In this document: positions 1-9,882 of the stretch, piece after piece | Numbering within the stretch: the stretch's first letter is position 1 | Layout: each line of letters opens with the position of its first letter | Translations under genes and position numbers: made by a program | Notes under the pieces: model-generated | The model's input: only the letters and a program-made list of their open reading frames with translations | Told to the model about the DNA's origin: nothing | Database searches by the model: none | Assembly (NCBI GenBank): GCA_963847625.1 | Contig: CAWKAR010000038.1 | Span: 32,001 to 96,000 of the forward strand | Direction of reading: 5' to 3' | Origin: a candidate division FCPU426 bacterium | GTDB taxonomy: Bacteria > Oederibacteriota > Muellerivitia > Muellerivitales > Muellerivitaceae | DNA: 64,000 bases

Positions 1-1
1 G

Positions 2-2149
2 TTCACCCGAGGGGACAAAAAGGGCACGAAATGCATAATCGGCGGTAAAAAGATCGGATGACTTTCCGTCTATCCACGCACGCCAACCTGGAAAGGCGAT
101 TTCGGAGAATACCAGCAAACTGTTGGTGTCCAAAGCAATTTTGAAAATTTGGTCATCCGGCTCATCAGTTTCCAATTGATATTTCAAATCGGCTTTTCTA
201 TTCGGAAGTTGGGAGAGAAGGGCCGCCGGAGGGGTTTCGGAAAGAAAAGCCTCATCCGAGGGGTTAAACTGCGGATTTTTCATAGCTTCAAGTCTCTGCG
301 AGTCGTCCGGTATAACCCGGATTCGGAAGGGTGCCTTTACGAACTCAGGCGGATGAGCGAACTCGTATAAATGAAGGGCATCAAGGCTTTGATGTTTAAA
401 TCCTTTTTGTTCACCCGCATTTTGACCGGTCAAAATGCCGCGGATACCCATCAATTGGAGGTAGGTGTCTTGCGGTAATTTTTTTAATTCAGCCGATTTT
501 TTTAAAAGGAGGGGATTGTATCCGGCGGTTGTACGGAACCTGAATACATCCGCGGAGTTTTCCGGCAAGTATTGATTGAACAATTTTCCATTTTCAATTG
601 TGGGGTAAAGAATATCCTGGCCGTTCATAAAAAATCGCGAGGTGGAAAAAGCTTTGCCGAGCAAACCCAGAGAAGGAAATTTCGAATTGAAGTCAAAATT
701 AGAAGGAGGTCCTGTGCCGAAGTCGTTCCAGGCGTTTAGTAATAAAGGAAGTATCAGGGCTGATTGGAATAAAAGCATACCAGCTTTTTTCCAGGTCGAG
801 GTCCCGCCCCAAAGAAGAATTCCCGTGATGCCAATACCTAGTCCAAGTATTTCCCGCCAAGTTTCACTAGGCTGGACCAAGGAAACCACTCCTAAAAGAA
901 CAGCATAACCAAACCCAATCAGCAGACGTTGCTTAGCTTTGCCCTTTTCCTCAAGGAATAATCGTTCCAGGGTTTGATAACCATATGACGCCAAAACGCA
1001 AACCGATAGCACGTAAATATCGATAAAACGGAAAGGCGCACGGCTCAGGTTGACCCCGGGAAGAATGCTACAAAGAATTCGGTGAAGGGGAAAAAACCTA
1101 CCCCAGGCTGTTAGGATCGAAAGGCCCGCGCACGCCGAGAGAAAGAACGCGAATTTCCTTTCCCGCTGTTTGAATGAAAAATAAACCAGGAAGGGAATCC
1201 AAATTCCCAAGTAGCCATAGTCGCCCATGAAATTGTTGCAATAATATTTCGTGTCTGTTATTTCCTCATTAGCCATCTCGGGTGTTTTCCCCTCGGGAAT
1301 TCCCAATGATGGAAATAAAAACTCATAAGTTGTCCTGGGTACCATGCAAAAAGTGCCGTTGAAATTATCGTAAGTCTGATCAGAAGCCCGCCGGGTGGAA
1401 TAACTCGAAAACTCATTTGCCGGGATCAAACAAGCGAATAGGGGAAGACTTCCCCAAAAACAAAAAAGCGAGATGATCGTCAACTTTTTTAGAGAAAGTC
1501 GGCTTTTCCAAAGCTGTTCCGCATTTGACCAGTGTGAAAACCTGAAGATGAAAAACAAGAGGCCGCCATAGATCGCGCTGGTGGTGATCTGGAAATTACC
1601 GCAACAAAAAATCATCGCAAAGCAAAGGCCGGCCAGAAAAGCCTGCTTGGCCCGCCAATCGCGGCTTAAATTTTCCAGACACAAGAAAAACCAGGGCAAC
1701 CAAGCCAGGGAAGAAATGATGGTCGGATGGATGATTTCCCACCAAAAGTTTCCTGAGAGGGAATAAATAATCGCGCCTATGCGGCAGGCGTTTTCCGGAA
1801 GGTGAAGTGATTTTAAAAGGAAATGCATGCCCAGAGCCGCCCAAAACATATGAAGGAAAAAAAAGACGGTAAAACCATAAGAAATGGAAAATGGAAGGGT
1901 CAGGTAGTTAAAGGGGTACAACATCATGTTTTGAAGGTCGGCGAAAAAGGGCTGGCCACCTAAAAGATAGGGATTCCAAAGTGGAAAATGTCCTTTTGCC
2001 AACTCCTCTTTTAAAAAAATCCTCCAGGGACCGAATTGGTAAAGAAGATCATTTTGAAAGTAAGACTGCCGGAATAACAAACAAGGCATGAAGGCGATGA
2101 AAGACACGGCAAAATATAAAAGAATGGAATTGGCTGTTTTTCGATTCAA
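2..2149 (-). CDS. YfhO-family polytopic membrane protein (GT-C-like), 3' end runs off the window
   Basis: Missing from the ORF track because its stop lies outside the window. Read manually from TTG at 2149: MNRKTANSILLYFAVSF...GHFPLWNPYLLGGQPFFADLQNMMLYP; at the window edge the same frame gives ...ADYAFRALFVPSGE. Both are typical YfhO motifs. Confidence 0.8.
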   Translation of the reverse strand, partial: MNRKTANSILLYFAVSFIAFMPCLLFRQSYFQNDLLYQFGPWRIFLKEELAKGHFPLWNPYLLGGQPFFADLQNMMLYPFNYLTLPFSISYGFTVFFFLHMFWAALGMHFLLKSLHLPENACRIGAIIYSLSGNFWWEIIHPTIISSLAWLPWFFLCLENLSRDWRAKQAFLAGLCFAMIFCCGNFQITTSAIYGGLLFFIFRFSHWSNAEQLWKSRLSLKKLTIISLFCFWGSLPLFACLIPANEFSSYSTRRASDQTYDNFNGTFCMVPRTTYEFLFPSLGIPEGKTPEMANEEITDTKYYCNNFMGDYGYLGIWIPFLVYFSFKQRERKFAFFLSACAGLSILTAWGRFFPLHRILCSILPGVNLSRAPFRFIDIYVLSVCVLASYGYQTLERLFLEEKGKAKQRLLIGFGYAVLLGVVSLVQPSETWREILGLGIGITGILLWGGTSTWKKAGMLLFQSALILPLLLNAWNDFGTGPPSNFDFNSKFPSLGLLGKAFSTSRFFMNGQDILYPTIENGKLFNQYLPENSADVFRFRTTAGYNPLLLKKSAELKKLPQDTYLQLMGIRGILTGQNAGEQKGFKHQSLDALHLYEFAHPPEFVKAPFRIRVIPDDSQRLEAMKNPQFNPSDEAFLSETPPAALLSQLPNRKADLKYQLETDEPDDQIFKIALDTNSLLVFSEIAFPGWRAWIDGKSSDLFTADYAFRALFVPSGE

Positions 2150-2160
2150 AGGAATGGAGT

Positions 2161-3198
2161 TCATTTATTCTCGGATTCACTCGCAGAGGGGTATGGAAAA
2201 AGACTGTATTTCTTTTTTACGAACCGGGCTGAAAAAATCCTGACATCCTTGGGCCGCTGTAAGGTTTTAGAAAAAAAACCGGTCATCAATCCCAAACCAT
2301 AAAAGGAATGTCTCAATAAGATCAGCCCCGGTACTTTGAATAAATCAGTCCAATGCCGGTTCCAGGACACAGCCGAGGCGCCTGTTCCGAAGGCTAAGAG
2401 AAAAAACAATATTAACGGGATAGGCCAAATGAATATTTGAATGAATGAAAGATAGGAGTGCGGAGCTAAGCAAACGAAAAAAGGTACGAGAAAACTCAGG
2501 AGATAAAGAAGAAAAAAAGCCGGAACCAAGTGAACGACGTCGGATAAACATGGATAGATTTTCATTTGTTGCGCCCTTCCCTTGCCGTATCGGAAAGCTT
2601 GATGACAAAAGGCCGGAAGTGTTTTTCTACGGGACCTGTAAATAGCTCCGCCGGGATCGTACACCAAGCGGTAACCGGAATGAAGCAACCGGTTTAAGAA
2701 TTCATTCTCTTCATTGGGATAAAGGTCCGCGCGGAATCCCTTTTCCGCGAGGAATACCTTTCGCCGGACCATCATATTGCAGAGAATCAGATCTTTTTCG
2801 GTTGCTTCCTTGACTGATCCCTTGGAAGTGTAACGATTGCGCACGCTGAAACTTCCCAACCAGGAGGCGATAACGGCGTCTACTGTCCGTTCAAAAGAAG
2901 AGGCGTTGGGAGGAAGAAGATTGGGGCCGCCGGCTACTGCGGTGCGGGTTTCCTCGAAATGCGAAAGAAGTTCTCGCGTAGTTCCGGGAATGACAAAACT
3001 GTCGTCATCCAGGAAGTAAACTACTTCCGATGTGCATTGTTCGACACCCAAGTTCCTTTGGAACGAAGGATTTTTTCCAACGCAGGCGAAGATCTCCGCG
3101 GGCCGTTCCTGAGGAGGCAGCCCTGCAAGTCCACTCAAGACCGGAAGATCCTTATCCGTACGATCCAGAGCGATAACCACACTGTAGGAAATTGTCAT
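2161..3198 (-). CDS. Glycosyltransferase family 2 with C-terminal TM helices
   Basis: RNLG...YFLDDD (DxD) motif, NEE motif, QAFRYGKG, hydrophobic C-terminus. Confidence 0.85.
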   Translation of the reverse strand: MTISYSVVIALDRTDKDLPVLSGLAGLPPQERPAEIFACVGKNPSFQRNLGVEQCTSEVVYFLDDDSFVIPGTTRELLSHFEETRTAVAGGPNLLPPNASSFERTVDAVIASWLGSFSVRNRYTSKGSVKEATEKDLILCNMMVRRKVFLAEKGFRADLYPNEENEFLNRLLHSGYRLVYDPGGAIYRSRRKTLPAFCHQAFRYGKGRAQQMKIYPCLSDVVHLVPAFFLLYLLSFLVPFFVCLAPHSYLSFIQIFIWPIPLILFFLLAFGTGASAVSWNRHWTDLFKVPGLILLRHSFYGLGLMTGFFSKTLQRPKDVRIFSARFVKKKYSLFPYPSASESENK

Positions 3199-4157
3199 GA
3201 CTTATCACCTATGGAAGAACTGAGCTTCATAGCAAATGGAATCCCGAGCAGGGAGGTGCAAAGGGGCCCCGCCAGCACCAACATAAATGAAAAGGAAAAA
3301 AGGCCCGAATTGGGGATTTGAGCCGATGAGAAAAAGAGTAACAGTGACGCTTCTCGTGTACCAAAGCCGAGAAGGGTGATAGGTATAAATTCTATCATAA
3401 TGACTATGGGGAGGTGCAAGGCGATGAACGTAAAAGAGAGGGGCAATCCTAAAGCCCGAGCGGAGAAATAGGCCCGGATCAGGACCGCAAACCAAGCCAT
3501 GAGGGAAAAGAAGAAAGGCAAGGGAATACGAGGAAGTTGGAACAAACCCAAAAGGTCCTGGTAAAATTCGCGGCCATGGGCCCTCACCTTCTCGGCCAGC
3601 CGTTGAGGCGCAAGGTAAAGAAGCAACGGTTTCAGGAAATAACCCATCCACCTGGGATTGAGGAAAAGCATCATCAAGAGGATTCCCAATGCAATGCCAA
3701 GCAAGGCGGCCTCGGCCGGGGCTTGATGCTGGTTTTGCAGGATGAGGGATATGAGGCCCATAGCTGTCAAGAGACCCAAGACCACTATATCGAAGATTTT
3801 GTCTGCTACATGAACAGCGAACGCTGAGTGCGGCCGCAAAGAACCCCAACGGATAATACCCAATACCCTTATGATATCCCCCAGTTTTGCAGGGGTGAGG
3901 GCTGAAAGGGGTTGGCCCGCGAGATAAAGCCATATTGCGTTCTTGACGGAAAGGCGTGAGTGGAAAGACCTGGACATAGCTGCAATACGAAAACCCTTGA
4001 AAATGATTTCAGGCAAAAGAAAAAAGAAGGATGCGATCACCCAGATTGGATTTGCGGATATCAAAAGGCGTGCCGTCGCGGAAACGTCCACCATTCTTAA
4101 AAGGAGAATAAAAAGGACTAAACCCAGTAAAAATGCGTAGGAACTCAGACGTCGCAT
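3195..4157 (-). CDS. Lysylphosphatidylglycerol synthase TM / flippase-like (UPF0104) membrane protein
   Basis: TPAKLGDIIR, DKIFD and PITLLGFGTRE motifs; multiple TM helices; overlaps the GT2 start. Confidence 0.85.
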   Translation of the reverse strand: MRRLSSYAFLLGLVLFILLLRMVDVSATARLLISANPIWVIASFFFLLPEIIFKGFRIAAMSRSFHSRLSVKNAIWLYLAGQPLSALTPAKLGDIIRVLGIIRWGSLRPHSAFAVHVADKIFDIVVLGLLTAMGLISLILQNQHQAPAEAALLGIALGILLMMLFLNPRWMGYFLKPLLLYLAPQRLAEKVRAHGREFYQDLLGLFQLPRIPLPFFFSLMAWFAVLIRAYFSARALGLPLSFTFIALHLPIVIMIEFIPITLLGFGTREASLLLFFSSAQIPNSGLFSFSFMLVLAGPLCTSLLGIPFAMKLSSSIGDKS

Positions 4158-4428
4158 GGAGTTATAAATTCTTTTTTGGGTTATTCATAATTTATCGATC
4201 CCATTTTTTACCAACAAATCGACTGATTGTGCGTTTTTTTCCCCGCTCTGTCTACATCTTTGAAAATAACGGCGGAAAACCTTTATATACGCTGAAAATG
4301 GAAAATGTTTTTCCACTTCTGAAGATACCAGATACTGGTTGTAAGACGAGTAAAATGTTATCTTGTTCGCTCTTTGGGGTGGCATTTGGCGGCTAAATCA
4401 ATTTCTTCCCTTCATTTTAGGAGAGTCT

Positions 4429-5433
4429 ATGGCAAAAATTAATAGGAAAACCTCAAAAAGAGTCAAACGGTCCAATAAAAAAACTTCAAAAAAAAGGAGG
4501 ACTCGCCCCAACTGGGCCTGGATGATTATTTTTGGGATCGGAGTGATTCTTTTAGCTGATTTCGGGATTTATTTTAAAAAACAATTCTCAGTTCCGTTGA
4601 ATTATTACGTACGGCCTGTGATGAGTTTTAAAGGCGAAAACCAAACCTGCGGCGTCTTCTCCCCTTGGGATATTAAGTCGGGTAAGGATTGGATCGCCTT
4701 GAGCGATCAGGGACATAATCGGATCCTTTTATTCGACCGCCAAGGGGTTTTAAAGAATGAAATTACTGAAAAACAAGCAGGACCTCCGAAATTCAAGGAA
4801 ATATCCTGCCTGACATCCGATCCTCAAAACCATATCTATGTGATCGATACGTGGAATGGACTGATTCGCGGTTTCGACTTGGCTGGGAAACCCATACTGA
4901 AAGTGGATCTATCGAATAAGGGATTTTTCGGGGCGAGGGGTCTGACTTGGAATAATGGATCGTTCATTGTGGCTGATACCGGCAGTCATCGGTTGGTAAA
5001 AGTCTCTTCTCAAGGCGACATTATCAGTCAATGGGGTGAAAAAGGAAATTCCAAGGGGATGTTTTTTAATCCCACAGCGGTGGTGAGCGACCAAAAAGGA
5101 TTTTTATATGCCGCCGATTTAGACAATCATCGCGTCCAGTGCCTGGATAACAACGGAAGTTTTATCCGCGCCTATGATGTCGGTTCGAAAGTATATGGAG
5201 TGTCGCTTGATCCCCAAGGCCGCGTTTACGCGACGGCTCTGGATGATAATTACGTAAAAGTTTTTGAGAACAATGGCAAGTATCTTGGAAAAATAACGGA
5301 TATTAACCGTAAACAAGAACCGATGATGGATCTGTCGGCCCTGACCGTCGCTGAAAATGGTGACATCATCGCGTGCCTTCATAATAATGAGGTGGTCATC
5401 TTACGTCCTGTCCCTTCAAATCAGGTGAAATAG
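4429..5433 (+). CDS. Membrane-anchored NHL-repeat (beta-propeller) protein
   Basis: Basic N-terminus, one TM helix, repeated IYVxDxxNxRI/V motifs; AGGAG upstream of ATG 4429. Confidence 0.85.
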   Translation: MAKINRKTSKRVKRSNKKTSKKRRTRPNWAWMIIFGIGVILLADFGIYFKKQFSVPLNYYVRPVMSFKGENQTCGVFSPWDIKSGKDWIALSDQGHNRILLFDRQGVLKNEITEKQAGPPKFKEISCLTSDPQNHIYVIDTWNGLIRGFDLAGKPILKVDLSNKGFFGARGLTWNNGSFIVADTGSHRLVKVSSQGDIISQWGEKGNSKGMFFNPTAVVSDQKGFLYAADLDNHRVQCLDNNGSFIRAYDVGSKVYGVSLDPQGRVYATALDDNYVKVFENNGKYLGKITDINRKQEPMMDLSALTVAENGDIIACLHNNEVVILRPVPSNQVK

Positions 5434-5606
5434 GGGTACCATTCCCATTAAAACACGGATGAAAGTTCAAGGTTTAGGTCATAATCCGAAAGCGGCATAG
5501 CTAAAAACCCGCTAGAAATACACTTCAACATTTATTCACAGCAGGGCTGTAAAGAGATAGTTTTTTCCCCAATTGCGGCATTATTCGACGGAAGGACATC
5601 ATCTCG

Positions 5607-6392
5607 TTGAAAACAAGGGCGGATTTTTTCAAGTATTACCTGTCTTGCCGATCAGTCGCCAATTCTTTTTGGCGTTCTTTTGAATGCGAAAAATTTTCCG
5701 GAAAAAAATTATTAATGCCCGTTTTGGACGCTGGCTGCGGAGACGGCTTTTTTGTCCGCGCGACGTTCGGAAGTGCTTTGGATGAGGGCGTTGATTTGGA
5801 TGAAGGGGAATTAAAGCAGGCGAGAAAAAGCGGCTGTTACCGGGATACCCATCACGCTAACATTTTAAAAATGCCTTTTCCTAATAGTAAATTCAGAACG
5901 GTCATCAGCAATTGCGTTTTAGAGCATGTGATGGATATCGATTCGGCGCTCCGGGAAATCGCCCGGGTTTTAAAACCCGGCGGCCGGCTCCTGATGACCG
6001 CCCCCAGCGAATGTTTCAACACTTGCTCGATATTTCAAAAATGGTTAAATCATCTCCGCTTAAATTTCCTCGCGCGAAAGTATATTGAAAGCTTGAACAA
6101 GGTGTTCAAGCATTCCCATGTGGATAACGCCGAGACTTGGGAAAAAAGATTTAAAAAGGCAGGTTTCCGGATAGAAAAAACAGAATATTTCGTTTCGATA
6201 CCGGCATACCATGCCTACGAAATTTGGCTGATCACTGCGTTGCCTTCGAAATTATGGAAAGTCCTTTTCGGGCGGTGGACACTTTTTCCCAGATTTTGGA
6301 TTCAATGGATTATTCCCTTATTAATGCGGAGGGTTCTATGGTCGGAAACCGAGAAAGGCGCGGCATATTTCTTTACCGCGAGGAAGAACTAG
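5607..6392 (+). CDS. Class I SAM-dependent methyltransferase
   Basis: VLDAGCGDG motif I, VLEHV, RVLKPGG. Confidence 0.9.
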   Translation: MKTRADFFKYYLSCRSVANSFWRSFECEKFSGKKLLMPVLDAGCGDGFFVRATFGSALDEGVDLDEGELKQARKSGCYRDTHHANILKMPFPNSKFRTVISNCVLEHVMDIDSALREIARVLKPGGRLLMTAPSECFNTCSIFQKWLNHLRLNFLARKYIESLNKVFKHSHVDNAETWEKRFKKAGFRIEKTEYFVSIPAYHAYEIWLITALPSKLWKVLFGRWTLFPRFWIQWIIPLLMRRVLWSETEKGAAYFFTARKN

Positions 6393-6398
6393 AAAAAA

Positions 6399-7472
6399 AT
6401 GCCTGAGCATTCAGTCGTGAAGCGTTGGCGGCACTCGGCGTTTTTAGTGTTTCTGTTAGGAGGAATTTCAGGCGCCCTACTGAACTTTTGCCTCACCTTG
6501 GCATTTTATAAAATATTTTCATGGAAACCCGGATGGGCTTTTTTTACCGGCACTATGTTAAACCAAGCTTTTCATTACATTTATTACAACGTGGTTTACG
6601 TGAATCGTGAAATCCAATTGAAGACTTCCCCCATCCTTCATGTTCTGATGAGCGTTTGCGTTTCAGCCGGCAGTGCCTTGTTACTGGTTTTTTTCATTCG
6701 TTTGGGTTGGGAACCGCCCTGGGCAATAGCTGTTTGCCTTTTCATTCTCGCGCTTTTAAATTCCTTATTGAACCGCATCTCCACTTTCAGCTCCGCGAAA
6801 ATGGCGGAAATGGAATACAGGGAGATGAACGAAAGTTATTACGAGGATTTCACGGACGAGAAAAAAGTAAGCCGGTTCAGGGCTTGGTACCACCGGTCCC
6901 GTCATGAGCGGCTGACCCGGTTTGTATCGCGGCATTTTAAGAAAGGCATGGAACTTGCCGACTTGGGTTGCGGCAATTGCCTGTGGAATGTGGATGGATT
7001 GCCGGTTTTTGGAGTGGATATCAACGCGCAAATGCTCCAATGGGCGAAAAAGAAAAAAAGGCTCAAGGCGTTCAAGGTTTGCGATGACCTGGCGAGAACT
7101 GGGTTACCCTCCAAAAAGTTTGACATGGTGTTGATATCCGAAACCCTGGAACATGTTTTTGATTTGGACGAAGTCCTAACTGAAGTCAGACGCATCCTGA
7201 AGGATGACGGAACCTTCTTACTGACAGTACCCTATGATTATTTTTTGGGTCCCTTTTTCATCCTTTTCAACTTGAATTGCCTGTACATGGGATATCTCCG
7301 GGGAAGCCGGTATCACAAGTACCGTTGCGGGCATATCCATCATTTTACGAAAAGCCGCTTGAGGAAAGCCCTTGAAACAACCGGATTTAAATTGACAGAT
7401 GTTTTTGTGGTCAATGGATTGTTGCTTTACGGCACTGCGAAAAAAGGGGATTTTATTGGAAATAAAACCTAA
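6399..7472 (+). CDS. GtrA-like membrane domain fused to class I SAM methyltransferase
   Basis: About four N-terminal TM helices, then ADLGCGN, ETLEHV, RILKDDG. Confidence 0.75.
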   Translation: MPEHSVVKRWRHSAFLVFLLGGISGALLNFCLTLAFYKIFSWKPGWAFFTGTMLNQAFHYIYYNVVYVNREIQLKTSPILHVLMSVCVSAGSALLLVFFIRLGWEPPWAIAVCLFILALLNSLLNRISTFSSAKMAEMEYREMNESYYEDFTDEKKVSRFRAWYHRSRHERLTRFVSRHFKKGMELADLGCGNCLWNVDGLPVFGVDINAQMLQWAKKKKRLKAFKVCDDLARTGLPSKKFDMVLISETLEHVFDLDEVLTEVRRILKDDGTFLLTVPYDYFLGPFFILFNLNCLYMGYLRGSRYHKYRCGHIHHFTKSRLRKALETTGFKLTDVFVVNGLLLYGTAKKGDFIGNKT

Positions 7473-7602
7473 CAGGGTGCTGAAAAAATCCCCAAAACGG
7501 ACTTTTTCAGCTGACGACATTAGCGGAAACCCCGCGATTCCTGCGGAATCTTTGGGGTCGCAGGCTGCTTTGTGGGCCTATTTTTACTTTTTCAGCAGCC
7601 TG
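7473..7602. mobile_element. 130-bp MITE with IS5/IS1182-type ends
   Basis: TIRs CAGGGTGCTGAAAAA / TTTTTCAGCAGCCTG (14/15 match); CTAA direct repeat at 7469-7472 and 7603-7606. Confidence 0.8.
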
Positions 7603-7666
7603 CTAAAGTTCAGTTAAGGCTTATCGAAACTTCCTCATCCAATGCCTTAAGCCGGAAATAGCGCTG

Positions 7667-8335
7667 TTAACCCCCGGCTTCCAAACGGTATTTCGCGAAA
7701 GCCGCCTGTGCTTCCAAGTTGGATGCATCCCGGAGATCCTGCCATCTTTGCAAATGATCGGGGTAATCCAGGTCCCGAAGGGTCATCTCCGTGAGACCAT
7801 CGTTAAACTGCCATTCCTTATAATGCACTTGGGGACCCAAGGGTTGCTTATCCTGTGAGGGAGTCTTGTCCCAGCGGCGGTACTGATGTTGCCACACTTC
7901 CAATGGGATGGGTTTCGCGCCCTCGCCTTCCCAACTAGCGGAAAGGAAATAAAGCTGTTTTTTGAAAAAAAGAAGGTCCAAGCTGGAGGCGCCTGTCAGG
8001 CCGCAAGCAGCGTCAAGTGTGGCGATTTTAAAAAGGGGATCATCGTTAAAGGACCGGATTTTCTTTTTGAGTTCCGGATATTTCTGGAGTAGTTGGTCCC
8101 AGGTCATCCCCATCGAGATATTTAAAACCTGACGGGGCAGGGGAATCTTGGGCCCGGCAAACAGGTCCTTGAAAACCCCCGAAGTCCACAGGATGCCAAA
8201 CAAGAGAAGAGTGAAAAGAAGTCCAACGGCAAGCCATACTTTCCAACGGGGTGTTGGAATGCCATGAGAAACAAGTAATTTGGCTTTTGACTCCCTTTTT
8301 TTATAAGCGGCTGGTTGCTGTTTGAGGCGTGGCAT
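7667..8335 (-). CDS. Hypothetical single-TM protein
   Basis: 222-aa ORF with one TM helix, overlapping the end of the upstream radical SAM gene. Confidence 0.65.
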   Translation of the reverse strand: MPRLKQQPAAYKKRESKAKLLVSHGIPTPRWKVWLAVGLLFTLLLFGILWTSGVFKDLFAGPKIPLPRQVLNISMGMTWDQLLQKYPELKKKIRSFNDDPLFKIATLDAACGLTGASSLDLLFFKKQLYFLSASWEGEGAKPIPLEVWQHQYRRWDKTPSQDKQPLGPQVHYKEWQFNDGLTEMTLRDLDYPDHLQRWQDLRDASNLEAQAAFAKYRLEAGG

Positions 8336-9839
8336 CGTTTATTTTGCTTTCCGGGAGGGGATCCCCATAATCTTGTACATGTCCCAGCAGGGATTGAAAT
8401 CCCCGCCATAAAAGATCCAACTCCCTTAGGGATCTAACCGTGACCAACTGCCTGATGATAAACTTCGGTTTTTTCATGAGATTCCACGTCTTGGCGGTCC
8501 AGTAACTCGCGTTAATCTGGGTTTTCAAGATTGGATGGCTCATGTCGTATTTCTCATAGTCGGTTTTCCCCACCAAAAGCCAGCCCTTGCGGACCGCTTC
8601 CTTCCAGAGGGGGGCGCCTGGATAGGGGATCACCACCGACGCCTGCATGCAGTCGCCGGAGCGAACTTTGTAAAGAAGAAGGTCCTTCGTAACCTCGTAA
8701 GTCTTGCGGACGTCCTCCTCGGTTTCCCAAGGATAACCCATCATGGTGGTCAAAAGGACCCGAAGACCCCTGTCTTTGGCCATTTTAACCCCGCGACTGA
8801 TTAAATCAACCGTTTCACACTTGGCCAAGCGTTTGATGCTGCTGTCCGTGCCGGCTTCCAGCCCGATTTTTAAAAGACGCCAACCACATTTGACCAGCAG
8901 ATCCACGACTTCCTCGTTAAGGGTGTCGGCCCTGCAGTTGGAGGAGAATTGGTAACGGCCCAAGAGATTACGTTCTTTAAGTTCCTTGTGAAATTCCCGC
9001 AGCCACTGGACATTATTAATGGGGCCGGATTCGTTGTCGTCGAAAAACTCCCAGATTTTATATTTGTTAATGCAAATTTCCATTTCAGCGGCCACGTTAG
9101 CGGGGGTGCGCAGGCGGGCGGTCCTGCCCCAGAGGGCGTGCTGCCATATGCAAAAGGTACAAAGGCCAACGCCACCTCCTGATTCCTTGGGCGCCCCGCA
9201 ACCGCGCCCGGTCAGGATGTAGGCCGTGGGCCGCAAAAGGTAAGCCTCGCCGTAATCCCCTGTGCGGGTCAATTCCCGGTCAAGGAAAGGAAGAGAGTCT
9301 AAGTTTTCCTCCAGTTTGTGGGGACCGGTCGTGACTGTTTTGCCATCGGCTCCCCGATACCAGATTCCGGGACCCAGGGCATCGTTGCCCGAAAGGTGTT
9401 CAACCAGGTTGCGGCCGACGATATCGTAATCCCCGCCGGTCATGACGTAATCCACGTTGGAATTTAATACCGACTCTTCCGGGAAAAAAGAGACATGGTC
9501 GCCCATGAGGACCGTTTTTACCCCGGGGTAACGATTTTTCAATTCGTCGATATATTTCCAGTGGCGGTAAAGAACGGGAGCCTTGGTTTCCAAGAAGACG
9601 ATTTCAGGCTTGAATTCGTCCAGGTGCCTTTCGTACTCCTCGTCGCTCATCCGGCGGTTGATCCCGTCCAGCCAAAGGACGTCATGCCCCAAGTGTTTCA
9701 GGTTGGTGGCCAGGTGGCCGGGAACCAGGGGAAATATCCTAACCTCCAGGGATTTGGAAAATTTCATATGGCGGTTTTGAGTGAGAAGAGGGAATTCCCC
9801 CTCTTTGCGGAAAGGGGGATAAAGGATGGCTGTTTTCAT
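8301..9839 (-). CDS. B12-binding-domain radical SAM protein
   Basis: N-terminal cobalamin-binding-like domain (GDHVS, GGDYD); RGC-x12-CTFC cluster motif; GLEAG; GYPWET. Confidence 0.88.
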   Translation of the reverse strand: MKTAILYPPFRKEGEFPLLTQNRHMKFSKSLEVRIFPLVPGHLATNLKHLGHDVLWLDGINRRMSDEEYERHLDEFKPEIVFLETKAPVLYRHWKYIDELKNRYPGVKTVLMGDHVSFFPEESVLNSNVDYVMTGGDYDIVGRNLVEHLSGNDALGPGIWYRGADGKTVTTGPHKLEENLDSLPFLDRELTRTGDYGEAYLLRPTAYILTGRGCGAPKESGGGVGLCTFCIWQHALWGRTARLRTPANVAAEMEICINKYKIWEFFDDNESGPINNVQWLREFHKELKERNLLGRYQFSSNCRADTLNEEVVDLLVKCGWRLLKIGLEAGTDSSIKRLAKCETVDLISRGVKMAKDRGLRVLLTTMMGYPWETEEDVRKTYEVTKDLLLYKVRSGDCMQASVVIPYPGAPLWKEAVRKGWLLVGKTDYEKYDMSHPILKTQINASYWTAKTWNLMKKPKFIIRQLVTVRSLRELDLLWRGFQSLLGHVQDYGDPLPESKINDATPQTATSRL

Positions 9840-9882
9840 GGGGACCTCATTAGAAAAGAAGGTTGACGATGTTCACGTAAAT

